DNA of 64,000 nucleotides from Rhynchopus sp. YZ270_cl-10 (Eukaryota), in assembly GCA_964035575.1 (NCBI GenBank), contig OZ037834.1:1240001-1304000 (forward strand), in the 5' to 3' direction. Under the pieces are notes generated by a model, which ran no database searches, was not told the origin of the DNA, and worked only from the letters and a program-made list of their open reading frames with translations. The translations under genes and the position numbers were made by a program. This document shows, in pieces, positions 11,062 through 23,887 of the stretch. Each line of letters opens with the position of its first letter. The stretch's first letter is position 1.

Positions 11062-12307
11062 TTGCAGTAGGTAGGAGTAATTTTATTTTTTTTTGATCAA
11101 ATAGAAGTAAAATTCTATTATTTCAGGCACGATGTCACAGTAGGTAGGGGTAGTATTGATTAACAGTTTTGTAAAACAAAAAATTTGGCTGGTTCTCTCT
11201 GTATTGCTTTTGGCTTTTGTTTTTTGTGCCTTGTAGGGAGTAGGGGTAGGGGTGATACCTTTGAATGTAAACAGGTAGTATTAGGAGGTTAATTTAGGGG
11301 GAAGAGGAGGAAGGGAGGGGGTTTTTGTACCAAATGTGTTTTAGATCCCTGAAGAAAAAAATGGGGGAATATAGAAGTGAAGTGTGAAGAGGTGGAGGAG
11401 GAGGAGGGAGGGAAGAAGAAAAAAAATATTTCGCTTTTTTTTTCCTGCTTTCTGCATTTTTTTTTAAAGGGGGAGATTGGGGTAGGCGGGTAGGTATATT
11501 TGCTTTTTTATTTTTTTTTTTGGAAGATTGCTCTGGGTGTTTGTTTGCTGCTGTTTTAATCTGGAAAAAAAAAAAATATGGGTGTATTGACCACCTGGGA
11601 CCAGGGACAATTTTTTTTCCCCTCCCTAAGCTTTTCTCTCTTCCCCCCAAAAAAATACGAAAAAAGGAAACATAATTTTAGGAATAGAATCACCTCCCTC
11701 CCTGACACTCGGAATACACAGGGGGCATTTATACCAGCATAACTGGAATTATCCAAACAAAATCAAAAAAAAAATGGGGAAAACAGAAACTGAACAGCGA
11801 GGGCAAAGGACTTCTCCCTCTTGTGTTCTCAACATTTTTTTTCTGTTTTCGATATTGCAGGAACCATCCATTTTTTCCTTCCTTTTTTTTTGTTAATGTC
11901 ACTGACAGTCCCCCTCCCCACTCTCTGTTGGTTGGCTGAGCGAAACAGGCCCTACTCGTTGAAAATACCCTACAATTTCAAAAAAAAAAAAAAAAAAACA
12001 CGATTATGTTGCAAAACAATCGCCTAAGCACCGAATCGGTGGTACTAGGGTTGGCCGAAGCCTCTTTTTGTACGACGGAAGGTAAAGACGCTTTCTCTCG
12101 GGAGGGGAGGAGAGGGGGGGGGAATAGGGAAATACTAAACTCTCACACTAAGCACACAAAAAAAAAATTATAAGACATTTTTACCTCCCGTGTTGCGTCG
12201 CTCTGTCTCCAGCTGGGTTTTGTTTTATGATGTGATATGAGAGGGGGTATAATCACAGAAAAAAAACAAAATGTCAGCTGTTTTGATGGGACAAAAAAAA
12301 ATGAAAA

Positions 12308-12348
12308 GTTTATAAGATGACCCTAAGCCTCTCGTGCTTAGTCACCTT
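12308..12348 (-). repeat. 41-nt hairpin element (family A), representative of roughly 30 copies
   Basis: Minus strand AAGGTGACTAAGCACGAGAGGCTTAGGGTCATCTTATAAAC then T-tract. Clear copies at 12453, 26188, 28308, 32124, 49447, 52694, 55544, 61544 and 62133. Confidence 0.9.
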
Positions 12349-13141
12349 AAAAATTGGGGTAGTGCATTTCACCCAATATCTCACCCCTCCCAGAAGCAAT
12401 TCACATCCCTTTTTCATATTTAAAAAAAAAAAATAACAGAAAAACAAAAAAAGTTTATAAGATGAACCTAAGCCTCTCGTTGCTTAGCCATCTTTAAAAA
12501 AAAAGGTGGATTGAATGATAAGCAGTTGTGCTTAGTCACCCTAACTCCTCCTTGGTACCCCCCCGCAACCCAAAAATGAAAATACCCCATAAAAAAAGGT
12601 TGAAAGCGCACAACGCTCACTACAAAAAAAAAAAAATCCACAACGTGCTGCTTCCACCGTGAAACAGAGCGTCTCTAATCCTCCTTCTTGAACGACCGTC
12701 CAATGGCGTCGGGGGTCTTGATCGCGAGTATGCTTCCGAGTGCCATGTAAAGGCAGAACAGCAGGAACAGGCCAATAAAAAGCCCAGTTGCAGCGTCAGG
12801 TCCGATTGCCAGATCGGTGCTGGGGTCGGTCGGGTTGTATGCCATTTGTTGTAAAAGAAACTTTGTGTATAAAGGCCTCCTGTGTGCGGTGGGGGTTTGA
12901 AAAAAATAGCGGTTTTTGGAACGGAACTCACAAAGTACTAGTGTACAACTTGAGTGGATAATGCAAAATCTACGCCAGATATTGCGTGGTAATTAGTGGT
13001 TTTGGGGGAAATTCTGAGAGGAATATGGTCATTTTGTCAGAGTTGCTGAAACATTGAACACAACATGAAACAAAATCAAGAAAAATTCAAAACAAAAACA
13101 ACAAATCTATCGTGTAGATGCACCCCCTAATACAATTTCAT

Positions 13142-14082
13142 CAGTCCTATTCGTGGTCATTTACCCCCCCCCCTTTGGGTCGGTGAACCGGAAATTTTGG
13201 AAATAAGGGGGTAAAATAAGGGGGGGGGGTAAATGAGGGGGTAAGGGGGGGGGGGGGGGGGTAAATTACCATGTTATGGGTTAGGTCATGTTTTTGGGTG
13301 GGAAGGGGGGACTTTTTCATACACGGTGGGGTAAAATTTTGCACAACACAGTGTGACGACACATGCTCTCATGACAAATGTGTCATCTGAAAAAAATTCC
13401 TCACTTCCTTGCGACATCGCAAGCAGTCATGCATCATGGATCCACATCATCCACATCATCTTTCTGCCCGTGCCTGAACCATGACTGGTCAGGGATCACG
13501 GTGTTGCCTCAGATTCCGTGAGGTGTCCCAAACGTATCGCCCACGCAGCACAAACGTACCCACCTGCACCCATCTACCTGCACACGTGATGTAAAACAGG
13601 GTGAAAGATTATTTGCACTTTACCCCTTTCCTCATTTCGAGCTTGTCTCCAGCTTCAAATCAGACGAGTCCTACAGTCTCCGGATGTACGACCCGCTGAA
13701 CACATCAGCCCCTCCCAGCAAACCATAAAACAAAACAGGTATGCGCTGCACTAAGTGAAACTATTACCCCATAATTACACGCCAGGTGGTGTTTTGCCAC
13801 TCGTTCCCTGAACCCCCTCGCTTCGCTCGTGGGTTTAGGTCACTCGTGACAAAACACCACCTGGCGTGTTGCGGCGATAATTACCCAAAAATTACCTGGT
13901 GGCTGGTACTTTACCCCCCCAGGGGGGTAAAGTACCAGCCACAACAGGGTATTATAAGGGGGGGGGGTAAATTACCATGTTATTTTGGCCTGAACCGTTT
14001 TTTTCTGAAAAAGGGGGTAAAATAAGGGGGGGGGGTAAATTTAGGGGGGGGGGGGGGGGGTAAATGACCACGAATAGGACTG
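13142..14082. mobile_element. 941-bp non-autonomous TIR element (MITE) with AT target duplication
   Basis: Perfect 32-bp TIR CAGTCCTATTCGTGGTCATTTA(C)10; AT at 13140-13141 and 14083-14084; subterminal G-tract repeats; internal hairpin at about 13777-13869. Confidence 0.85.
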
Positions 14083-14123
14083 ATGCAAACTTTTTTTCAA
14101 AAAAAAAAAAGGGAAAAGTCACT

Positions 14124-16406
14124 TAGTGGCCAAGTTTGTTGTACCCATTTAGGATAATACCCAGTGGGTATTATCCTAAATTATTTGGGTATTATCCTAA
14201 ATTATTTTGGGTATTATCCTAAATTATTTTTGGGTACTGGGTACTGGGTACTGGGTACTGGGTACTGGGTACTGGGTACTGGGTACTGTGTACTGTGTAC
14301 TGTGTACTGCGCGAGCCACACTCCGGCTCAGGTGCAGGCCAACGCTGCAGGGAACCCGAGATGCTGGCTTGTTGAAGGACACCGTGGGGAAGTTTTCGTT
14401 GCTGGAAACACCTCTACACCGCCCACTTTACGGTACTCACCTCAAGAGAACCGTCGCGAAATTCGTGAAGGACACCGTGGAGAAGTTTTCGTTGCTGGAG
14501 CGTTGTACCCCCACAGTGTTTCGTGCATTTGCTGTGCGAAAGTATATTATGTATTGCATAATATTATGCTGCTCGGCCCTGAAAGCTGTCGACTCGTATT
14601 TCCTCCAAAAAGTCTCCAGAACAATATTTTAAACCCTCAAGCCAACTTATTTTTTTAAGAAGTCACCTTCTTTAATTTCCCCACCACTCACAACTTCACT
14701 TTTAAACAGGTATCGCGAGTGCAGCATCGAGAACCAACTGTGCAGAACGAGCGCATATGCGGTGGAAAGGGTGGTGGGAACACTCTGTCAGTCACTGCTA
14801 TAGCCATTTAACCCAGGGAGCATAGCTAGTGCAAGAAATTCGACTTTGGAAACCTTCCGGAAAGTCTGTCCTCTGCTTACGGAGGACGAGGCACAAGAAA
14901 ATATTGCGTTCCCCCAGAAAACCAGTGCACAATTCACACTCCTTGTGGGTGGTCTTGTTGCCTTTTTGTCACAGTAATTTTGGCCCAGGCATGCTCTTGA
15001 AGCATGACAATTTAGTGTGTATGGGGCAGGGTGTTGTTTTGTTCTGAATTCTCTTTGTTATAACATCTAAGTCAATCGCGGGTGGTGGTTTGTGTAGCGT
15101 GAGGCACTCTTTTTAATAAACTTCCTGCAGTTGCTATGCACTGTTATTTCTTCGGATTTATCATCATACAGCGTAACATAGTGGATTCGCCTGGTCGACA
15201 CAACCTTTGATAGATACGGGATAACCAACCCCCTTCGACCCCTTGTGGGTTCACTGAACAAGCCCTAGTGGTAGTTAAACGCGATTGACATTTACATTCC
15301 TAGAGATGAAAGAACAAGATAACACTTCTGTACCCGCGCATCAAAATTGTGGAAAACTTTGCACCCCAAACACCCTCAACAACGCCCGCCAAAAGGCGCC
15401 CCTTGTTGCTGGGAGTTGGTTCTCATGATACCTGCACAGCGGGCATTCCTCTGAGTCCAACGCATGTTTGGCCTGTCTGCGGCGTTGTACTTAAGGTGCA
15501 CGAAGACTGGGTCTGGTGGTAAATTTTGCGTAGTACTGCGACGTGGTACTGCGTGGGTCTGGGAATTTGGGTACCTGGGTACGGGAAATTTGTTGTGGAA
15601 GACATCAACCACCATGCATTGAGGAGGGTAAGACAGTGTTCGCAGTTTCTACCTGATAGCATTACAACATTTAACTTCTCCACGGGGGTCTTGGGCCGTT
15701 CACTCGGTTCTACCTTGACTACCGGAAGATATTCTTGAGGCCTTTTTGGTCTCTAGAATATCCGGTCTTCCCGAACGGAGGCACACTTTGTGTGTTACTA
15801 CGACCTGGCAATTTCCAGCAGTAGGTTAAGTAATCTTTCTTGTAAATTGTTGGATCATTATCTCCTCAGTGCATGAATGCCCCACGTGACTGGACACTTT
15901 TGTGTTTGTCATGTGGAGCTGTGGTTGCTCTTTCACGACTTTTTTCCTGTTCCTGGGTACCTGTTCCTGGACCTGGACCTGGGTACCTGGGTACCTGGGT
16001 ACCTGGGTACCTGGGTACCTGGGTACCTGGGTACCTGGGTACCTGGGTACCTGGGTACTGGGTACCCAGTACCCAGTACCCAGTACCCAGTACCCAGTAC
16101 CCAGTACCCAGTACCCAGTACCCAGTACCCAGTACCCAGTACCCAGTACCCAGTACCCAGTACCCAGTACCCAGTACCCAGTACCCAGTACCCAGTACCC
16201 AGTACCCAGTACCCAGTACCCAGTACCCAGTACCCAGTACCCAGTACCCAGTACCCAGTACCCAGTACCCAGTACCCAGTACCCAGTACCCAGTACCCAA
16301 AAATAATTTAGGATAATACCCAAAATAATTTAGGATAATACCCAAATAATTTAGGATAATACCCACTGGGTATTATCCTAAATGGGTACTAGAAACTTGG
16401 GTACTA
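14124..16406. mobile_element. Foldback-like element with long, internally repetitive inverted arms
   Basis: The arms are reverse complements. Each has 3 units of GGGTATTATCCTAAATTATTT and a TGGGTAC array (8 units left; 33 CCCAGTA units right). Confidence 0.8.
15979..16298. repeat. Head-to-head satellites (CTGGGTAC)x10 and (CCCAGTA)x33
   Basis: Read directly; the arrays meet at the palindrome ACTGGGTACCCAGT (16057-16070). Confidence 0.95.
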
Positions 16407-16533
16407 GCCTAATTACCCCAAAAAAAAATCTGATACCGACCACGCAGAGTAGTAGTTTCTGCATCCTATCCCACACCCTCCCCTATCTCCGTTTCGGGCA
16501 TCTCCCCCTTAGAACGTCAATAATTCCTTTTTT

Positions 16534-17718
16534 TCATGCCAACAATTTATTCAAAAAGCGGGTCGAACAGACGTGCTCTGCTCCGTAGTAAGCGTCTGCT
16601 GCAGTACCCTCTTCTGACACCATGACACGCGCACCTTGGAAGACGAGGGTGCACCGGACTCTGGGGACTATGTTAGCATCTCTGTGAAGGATTTCTACGC
16701 GCGAGGTTTTGCTGGACACACTGTGGAGGTCTGTTTGCGCGCCTGCTTCAGCACACCGCGCTACGAAGTGACGGACAATCGCAAAATGCTGCAGAAAGCG
16801 AAGTGCCGTGATCAATGCTGTCTCCGAACCTCCACCTCCACCTCCACCTCCTCCACCCAACCCCGCCGCCACCACCGCCCCCACCAAAAACCCTCCCACC
16901 CACCCCGAAGGCACACCAGGAAAGTTAATAGAAAACTCGACCCCATGCCCTTCCCTGCTAGACTCCCCTTGACACGCTGTCGCCTTTCCTGACAACACCC
17001 ATTCCATCTGATTCCATGGTAACAACGCAACCTGGATTTCATGAGACGAGACAGATTTGACGTTCACCGTGGTTTGCTCTGAGAGAACCCGCCTTGCGGT
17101 GTGCCAGGTTAGCCCTGCTGCTTCGAGAGGAGTTCCGGTGCTTTCTGGGCACAGAAGGGAGGCTTCTAATGTAAAGAGTGCGGTCTCCTTTTTCGGTGCA
17201 TTTGCAACAGTACGAAGCAGTGCTGCAGAGGGTTGAACCAAAAGCTGGCCTCGCCTCTGCTTTTCCAAGACCCCCTGCACACTACGTTGCGACCTCGCGC
17301 TTCGTCGACGGAGCAGTTCGCTGGTGGTTTTGAAGGTCTTTGCTGCGTCTAACAGCGCACCCACCCTTCGATCTTGAGACACCACACCTTCACTCCGCTC
17401 TTCAGGTGTAACAGAAGCTAAGGTAAAGGACTGCCCGCCACACACACCATCTAGTAAGGACATCATCCGTTGTACCTGGGTTTCTGCATTACGCAGCGAT
17501 GTGGTCTGTCCGTCACGGAGGCCCTGGGTTTCAGAGTATTGGGCTGAGGTGTCGGTGGGGGTGGTGGTGGTATCATCTAGCAATGCAGGTGCTGCAAGCC
17601 AGGAAAGGTCTCTCCGTGGGTTCGAAAGCTCTGCAACCGCAGATGAAGAGGAAGAAGGCACCCCCAAAGATCCATCAGGCAAGTTGGGGATGTCCATTAC
17701 ATTTACCGTTCGTCCCAT
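16534..17718 (-). CDS. Hypothetical protein, possibly Mediator subunit 17-like
   Basis: Likely ATG at 17718 (MGRTVNVMD). LRNAETQVQRMMSLLD and AKTFKTTSELLRRR resemble the Med17 N-terminal helices. The ORF is solid; the identity is tentative. Confidence 0.5.
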   Translation of the reverse strand: MGRTVNVMDIPNLPDGSLGVPSSSSSAVAELSNPRRDLSWLAAPALLDDTTTTPTDTSAQYSETQGLRDGQTTSLRNAETQVQRMMSLLDGVCGGQSFTLASVTPEERSEGVVSQDRRVGALLDAAKTFKTTSELLRRRSARSQRSVQGVLEKQRRGQLLVQPSAALLRTVANAPKKETALFTLEASLLCPESTGTPLEAAGLTWHTARRVLSEQTTVNVKSVSSHEIQVALLPWNQMEWVLSGKATACQGESSREGHGVEFSINFPGVPSGWVGGFLVGAVVAAGLGGGGGGGGGGSETALITALRFLQHFAIVRHFVARCAEAGAQTDLHSVSSKTSRVEILHRDANIVPRVRCTLVFQGARVMVSEEGTAADAYYGAEHVCSTRFLNKLLA

Positions 17719-17806
17719 TTTAGGGGGAGAGGGAGGGTGAGAGAGTCTGAATATTGAGGGTGTTTGAGAGGAACTGTAATGAGGTAAGGATATCAAAAAC
17801 ACTAAT

Positions 17807-17883
17807 TGGTGTGGTCGACGACCCCAAAATAGCAGAAAATAGCAGAAAGTAGCACAAAATAGCACTCCCTTTCAGCCACACCA
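17807..17883. mobile_element. 77-bp TGGTGTGG...CCACACCA MITE
   Basis: TG..CA termini; flanks CTAAT/CTACT; inverted relative of 62847-63002. Confidence 0.7.
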
Positions 17884-18419
17884 CTACTGTCATGGTAGTA
17901 ACTACGTTGCTGGGGTATGCGACAGAGCGAGAGGTAGGAAGCCTACGAAGCTAAGCAACCGCTCGGGTCCTCCTACGTCCTTTTTTTTTCAGGCGTTTAT
18001 TCACAGCGTTTTTGACAGATTGTATCTAAGGATAGGCGGGTGAAGAATAACCGGGTCCTGGGTCCTCAAGTCTAATTCTCTGCTGTGGGGGAGGGGTGAG
18101 AGAAGAGGGAGAAAATATTGGTTAAGGTGGGTTTTGTCTTTCTTCTTGGTGTCCCCCCCAAGATCCCGCCCAGGGTTTTTTGGATATAATGGAGGTTATA
18201 CACTGTCCTTTTTATATCAATCTGTCCCCCCCTCCCATTTTCCCCTCCCCCCTCCCAAGACCAGTTTGATCACCAGTCGAAAAAGAAAGTTACGTGAAGT
18301 GCACAAAATGCCTCGGATGGCATTTACAAAATGCCCGAAGGAGACCTCAATAAAGGTTCTGAGAGGTTAAAAAAGGCGTTTGTAAAGAATGTGTACAGAG
18401 ACAGCGCAGTGCATGTGGA

Positions 18420-20873
18420 TCAGGCGATTCGTCTCCGCAGGTCGGCTCGTGTCTCGAGAAGCTCGGCTTTCCTCTTCTTCATTGTACGACACTTATCTGC
18501 AGTGGCGTTGTTCTGTTCTTCAAGATGCCGTGCGAGTTGCGACTGTAATGTGAATGTTTTGTGGTGGTTTTGATTGTGTTTTTTTTTGTCTCGAGCGTTG
18601 CGTACCCTAGGGGCCTGCATTGACAGAGCTGGGTGAGGAAGGGGGGGGACAGTACCTCCTGGTCGAGCATGGCTTGCAGGATGTCTGCAGACTCGTTCTG
18701 CACCTCGAGCAGGTCGCTTAGCTTTGTACAGGAGTTTACGAGGGTCTTCCGCCAGTCGCGGAAGGCGCCGATCTCGAACTCTGTAATGCTGATCTCGACG
18801 TCCTGTGTGTTGGTGGTGTTGGCGGTGGTTATATGTATCATATGTACATCTACTTTTTCCAATGTTGGAAAATGCCAGCATTGAGGGAGATTCCCATCGA
18901 TTTTTTTGTTACAACATAGTCACACAAACCCTCCAAAACCCCACATTCTCCCCCATACCAGCTCATGCTTCTGCTGTCTGAACCCTTCCAACGCTTCGTC
19001 TATGCTGTCCACGTATTCTGCGAAGCTGTCCTTTGCTGCGGCTGCAGCTGCCTCTGCTGCGCGGACCTGCTCTGCAGCCTTGACACGCTCTGCTGCCAGC
19101 TCTGCCTCCTCTGCCGCAAGTTCCTCGTCACCATCACCCCCATCAGCACACCCCTCCAACTCCTCACGCAACCCACACAGCTCTGCCTCGCCCTTACGTA
19201 TCTCCTCTTGCAGTTCTGCGCACACTTCCCCTAACTGTACTCCCGCCTGCTGCAGAATACTCTCCCTCATTAATGGCGGTAGTGCACCTAGAGGTAATCC
19301 CTTAGTAGCGTTCCCTAACATCGGTGGTGGAGAAGAGGCCCCGCTGTTCACGCCAAGCCGTTGTAACAGCCGCCGTTTTTCTTCAAGGGAAACATCGTTG
19401 TAAGCGCTGCTCCACGCTCCGGATTGCGTATAGTTGGAGGAACCACCCATTTTGGCTTGATGTGCTGCTGTCGCGCGAGATGACAAATCAAACAATCCTT
19501 CGCCCACTACTATGCGGTCCTGCCGGTCATCCTCTTCGGAGGAGGATGAGGATGAGGAGGATGTGGATGGGGCACGTTCAGGGGCAGGTTCGTCCAATCG
19601 GGGTGCAGATTGGACGGTAGGTTTGAGAATAGAGGCAGCATCAGGAACGACAAGAGGTGGTGGCGGTGTAGGTGGTGGTGTCGGTGGTGGAGGGGGTGCG
19701 GGCACTGCAGAAAAACTGCTTGGTGGCAGACTACGGCCATCAGGGAGAACCGAATTCGGCAGAGACGGTGGAGGTGACTGTGGCTTTGTCACAACCTTCT
19801 TCAAAAGCCCTTTCAAACTGACAGTAGGCAACGGAGGTGGGGTAGGTGGAGTCGGTGGCGGCGCCTGCACGCCTGCACGAGGTACCACACTGCTCTGTTG
19901 CATCTGCTTTGCAAGAGGGTCCGCGAAGTAGCCAGTACCGCTGTAATTTTATTTTGTTGTTTTCTCGGAAAACCTTTTTTTTGGCATACCTGGTACCTGT
20001 TCCAAAGTAGTATCCCTCTTTTTGCCCGGTCCAGAATGCGCTGGGGATGAACGGGAGGGACGGTACTGTGGGAAGAGGTGCTGGTGGAGGCGGGGCTGAG
20101 AGGGGGGCGTCTTGCATCTGGGGTGGCGCGGGTGGGGGAGGTGGTGTCGTGGGCAGGGCGGGGATGGTGGGTAGGTGCTGCTGGTGATGCTGCTGCTGCT
20201 GCTGCTGAACCCCCATATGAGGCATTGGAGGAGTGAACCCAGAGGCAGGCACACCACTCTGCACAGCACCCGGCGCAGACACAGGCAACGGAGGAGGTGT
20301 CAACCCACCCCCTCCACCCCCCGTTTCCATCGGTGGAGAAAATGCCGGTGCCTGCTCCACCGCGCCACCTTGCTTCTCCAACGCACGCTTCTGCCGCGTT
20401 TCCCTCAGATTCTTGATCGCAATCCATTTTTGCAACACCCCCGATTTTGTTGGAAGGGTCTGAGGCGCACCCCCGGTCGGGTTTGTACTAAACGTCGCCA
20501 GCCACTGATCGAGGTCTGCCTGGGTGATCGCGGTGTCGTTTAATTGAGTCATCTTTACGGTGATAACCTTTCCAGAGAAGGTAATTTCGAGGAGCTTTGC
20601 TGTTGAAACTCCATCAATCTGATATACCTCACTGCCAGGAACCACTTTAACGATACGACACATCCGTCCCACCGCCTTTTTTACCCCATCAGTTGTAACA
20701 TTCACTTTCACCCTCGCAAAGGCCCCTGCAACATTGCTCTCGAACGCCGCCTCTGTCAACATCCGCGCACTGTCACCACCCCCCACCTCCCCACAACAAT
20801 CTGCAAGCATCCCTGCCAACTCAGGCTTCTTCAGCTGCATATACAACACATCTTTCAAGGTAATAGGCGCCAT
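18420..20873 (-). CDS. Plus3-domain (Rtf1-like domain) proline-rich coiled-coil protein, 4 exons, ~711 aa
   Basis: Exons 20873-19990, 19940-18959, 18802-18656 and 18542-18420 join in frame through GT..CAG introns. The N-terminal FESNVAGAFARVKV...ITQADLDQW...LPTK matches the Plus3 pattern. Splicing completes an FxGxKxGYxFxTGxxGxGYFxD motif. Confidence 0.7.
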
Positions 20874-23800
20874 AGTTTAGAGGGCCAACACCACCCTTTT
20901 TCCCCAACGACCTTTTTGATATGAGGGTGGAATGGGGTGTGAGGGGATGGGGTGGGAGAGAAGGAGGAGGAGGAGGGGGATGAAGGTGGGTGTAGTATCT
21001 GGTTGGTGGGTTTGAAGGGTGGGTGGAGGGTTTTGATAAGTTGTAGTAAGAAGAGGTTGGAGGAGGAATTTTTTTTTTGGAATAGTGTAATTTTGCCGTA
21101 CAATGCGCAAAATATCTCTCCAATTTTTATAATCTTTTTTGCTGTTGTTGTCTCGACATCTCCCGAGAACCCAAAAAAAAACAAAACATAAGGGGTGGGA
21201 TTTACGTATGGGCTTTGCTTCGCTGTGCTACACATATTTCTTTTTTTTCTTTGTCTTTTTTTTTTGTGCAGCAAAAAACCTCCTGCTTTTCTTTGCTCGA
21301 TTTTTTTTTTCTTCCAACGATTGTATCGACAATCATTTTACATCAGCTGGGTAAAGCTCTCTGCTGTCGGCTGAAAGCCTCTGTACTTTTTTTTTTTTTG
21401 TGTGTGCTTGTCTCCAAACACCCCCCCTACACTATCGCTGTATCTTTATTTTAATTTGCAATGTTTTCTGAGTTATATTTCTGTTATGAGATTCAATACC
21501 CCCCCATACACACACAACACGCACACAACACATCCTATCATTTAACAACCAAGAACTGTTTTTTTCCCCCTTTTTAACGGTTAGAGGAACTTTGAGATAT
21601 AACTAACTAAAGAGTTGCCCCACAAAAAAAACCCCACAAAACACAAAACACAAACCTGATAACTAACACACATAACTTCACCCCCCACAGCGACCCAAAC
21701 AGACTCTCCTCCTTTTTTTTTTTGAAAAAAATTGATGACAGTCAGCCACCACACGAGTGGTCTGTCACGCAGCCGTCATCTCTCCCCTTATCTCTGTTGT
21801 GTGGGTTCTCCGCTGCTTCCTCTTTTCGTCCCCACCTTTTTTTTTGAAAATACCTGCAGCGGTATGATGAAACATACAGTCTGATTAGATTACTTAATGT
21901 TTTGAACATTGGTTATTCAATCAATCTTTTTTGTTGATGAAATATGCAGTCACAATGACAGCACAAAAAAAGGGAAAGAACACCTCAATCCCGAAAGAGC
22001 GTTTACAGACATGAGACAGTTACGAATTCTCGTCTGACACTCCCTCCTCTTTGGGTTTATCGGCAACTACCCATGCATGAGAAGCGCGACACAAAATAAA
22101 ATAAAAAAAAAGCATCGTGTTCTGTTGTGCTGGGGTAATAATGCACGTTGCGCTAACCGTGAGGAGGGGAGAGAGAGAAAAAAGAAAGGTGAGCACAGCA
22201 GGTCCCTTCACTCAAAGCCATGTAAAAAATTGATTTTATTCTCTTTTTCCCCCCCTGCAAGTTGCAAGCTGCTTCAATCAAGAATCAGTGCAGGGGGGTG
22301 AAGAACTACCCATGTATCCCGTCTTCTCCTTCTGCAAGAGAAGAGGGAGGGTATTTTTGGAGGAAACTGAAGGGAAAAACCCTGAAAAAATGAATGTACG
22401 TCACTGTGTACACATCTTTAAAAAAAAGGGGGGGACTTTCACTCAAAAACTTCGACAAAAAATCAATCAAAAGATATAACCAAACCGAGGACTTTGCTAA
22501 GTCACCTTGAAAAAAAACAAAATGGTGCAGGCACCGACTGACCCACGTACGATGCCAGCCATCTGGATGAAAGCACAAAAAAATAAATGGCTAAAACTTT
22601 CGTGACAAAAAACCCCCGTTTTTTTTCACTAAGGTCAAAGAAAATGCACCACAAAAGACCAAAAAAAGCCAATCGTTGGGCTGTTGTTGGCCACCAAAAC
22701 AAAAATCTTGAGAAAAAAAAAATGGGTTTGCACACTTTTTTTTTTGTTTTCTTGCCCATAACAAAGGTGCAAAAAGAACAGATCTCACGGGCATCACACA
22801 TAACAAGAAAAAGGGTGGCCGTTCTCTAGACTAGACGTATCACTTCCCCTACCCCGTTTCCCCCGAAAAGGCTAGCAATCACATGTTTTTTGTTTGTTTT
22901 TGAAAACTTGGTTGTATTAGTGTAGCCACCCTAGAGTGTGCTCCACTATACTTTGTTTTTTGTTTTTAAGTAGACAGGGAACCTGCCACTGCTTGTTTTT
23001 TCCTTTTGAAAAAGGGGTCGGATCAGCTAATTTGTCAGCTAATTTTGGGTTAAAATTCGAAAAATTAGCTAACACCCTCGATTGGAGGCACATGATAGAA
23101 GCTGCCCCCATGCAACCACACCCAAACTCACACCATATTCCAAAGAAAAACAAAAATATAAGATAACCTCACATTTGCTTAGTCACCTGGGGGGAAAATG
23201 GCTTTTGCTTTCGGCCAAAAGCCACGATTTGACAAGAGGTTATATCACTTTGTCCATTTGAATGTCCCCCATACCCTAACAGCGATTCCCAACACAGTGA
23301 AAGGTGTGTGTTGTGAACCCAAAGCGACCTGCGCAGAACCCTGGTCTCTCAGTTTTTTTTTGATAAATTGTTGGAGTAGTGTAGTTGCCTCAGTTGTATC
23401 TAAATTCACCTCAGCTACCCCACATGAGGTAAATTAGGGTCAGTACTCAGTATTGGCCGAAGCCTTTGTACTACGGAAGGTAGACGCCTTTTTTTTTTTT
23501 GCGAACAAAGGCTAAACCAGCTAAATGAGAGTTTGGGTGAGGCTGGGGAGGGGGAGGGGGGGGAAAGGGAAAGAGGCAAAAACAAACAAACAAACGCACA
23601 GAACAGCAACAACACAAAACACCCGCCTTGCAAAGCAGAAAACCCCATGGGAAAAAAAAACAAACAAAAACAAAACAATGAAACTAGGGCGTAACCCCCA
23701 TTTCCCCCATTTTTTTTACGTTGGCCCGAAAAAATGGGATTTTTTTTTTTTTTTGTGAGAGACGAGAAAGATAAAATATCCCTACATTTTTTTTTTTTGT

Positions 23801-23887
23801 GATAAACCGAGGATGTGGCTTCTTCACAAAAAAACCCCCTTCCTTCATTTCTTCCTTTTTTTCTTCCTATTCTTCTTCCCGCTTTTT

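Noticed and set aside
12308..12540. Recurrent ~41-nt hairpin repeats resembling CRISPR repeats
   Set aside because: Irregular spacing over 60 kb, no uniform spacers, no cas genes, and a eukaryotic context.
12598..12960. Possible longer truncated LINE relic behind a D-like terminus
   Set aside because: I could not align its translation convincingly to the pol C-terminus; left unassigned.
15826..16366. GTGYWVL / PSTQYPV repeat ORFs, or a telomeric array
   Set aside because: These are satellite translations; the units are not TTAGGG-type and lie inside an inverted-repeat element.
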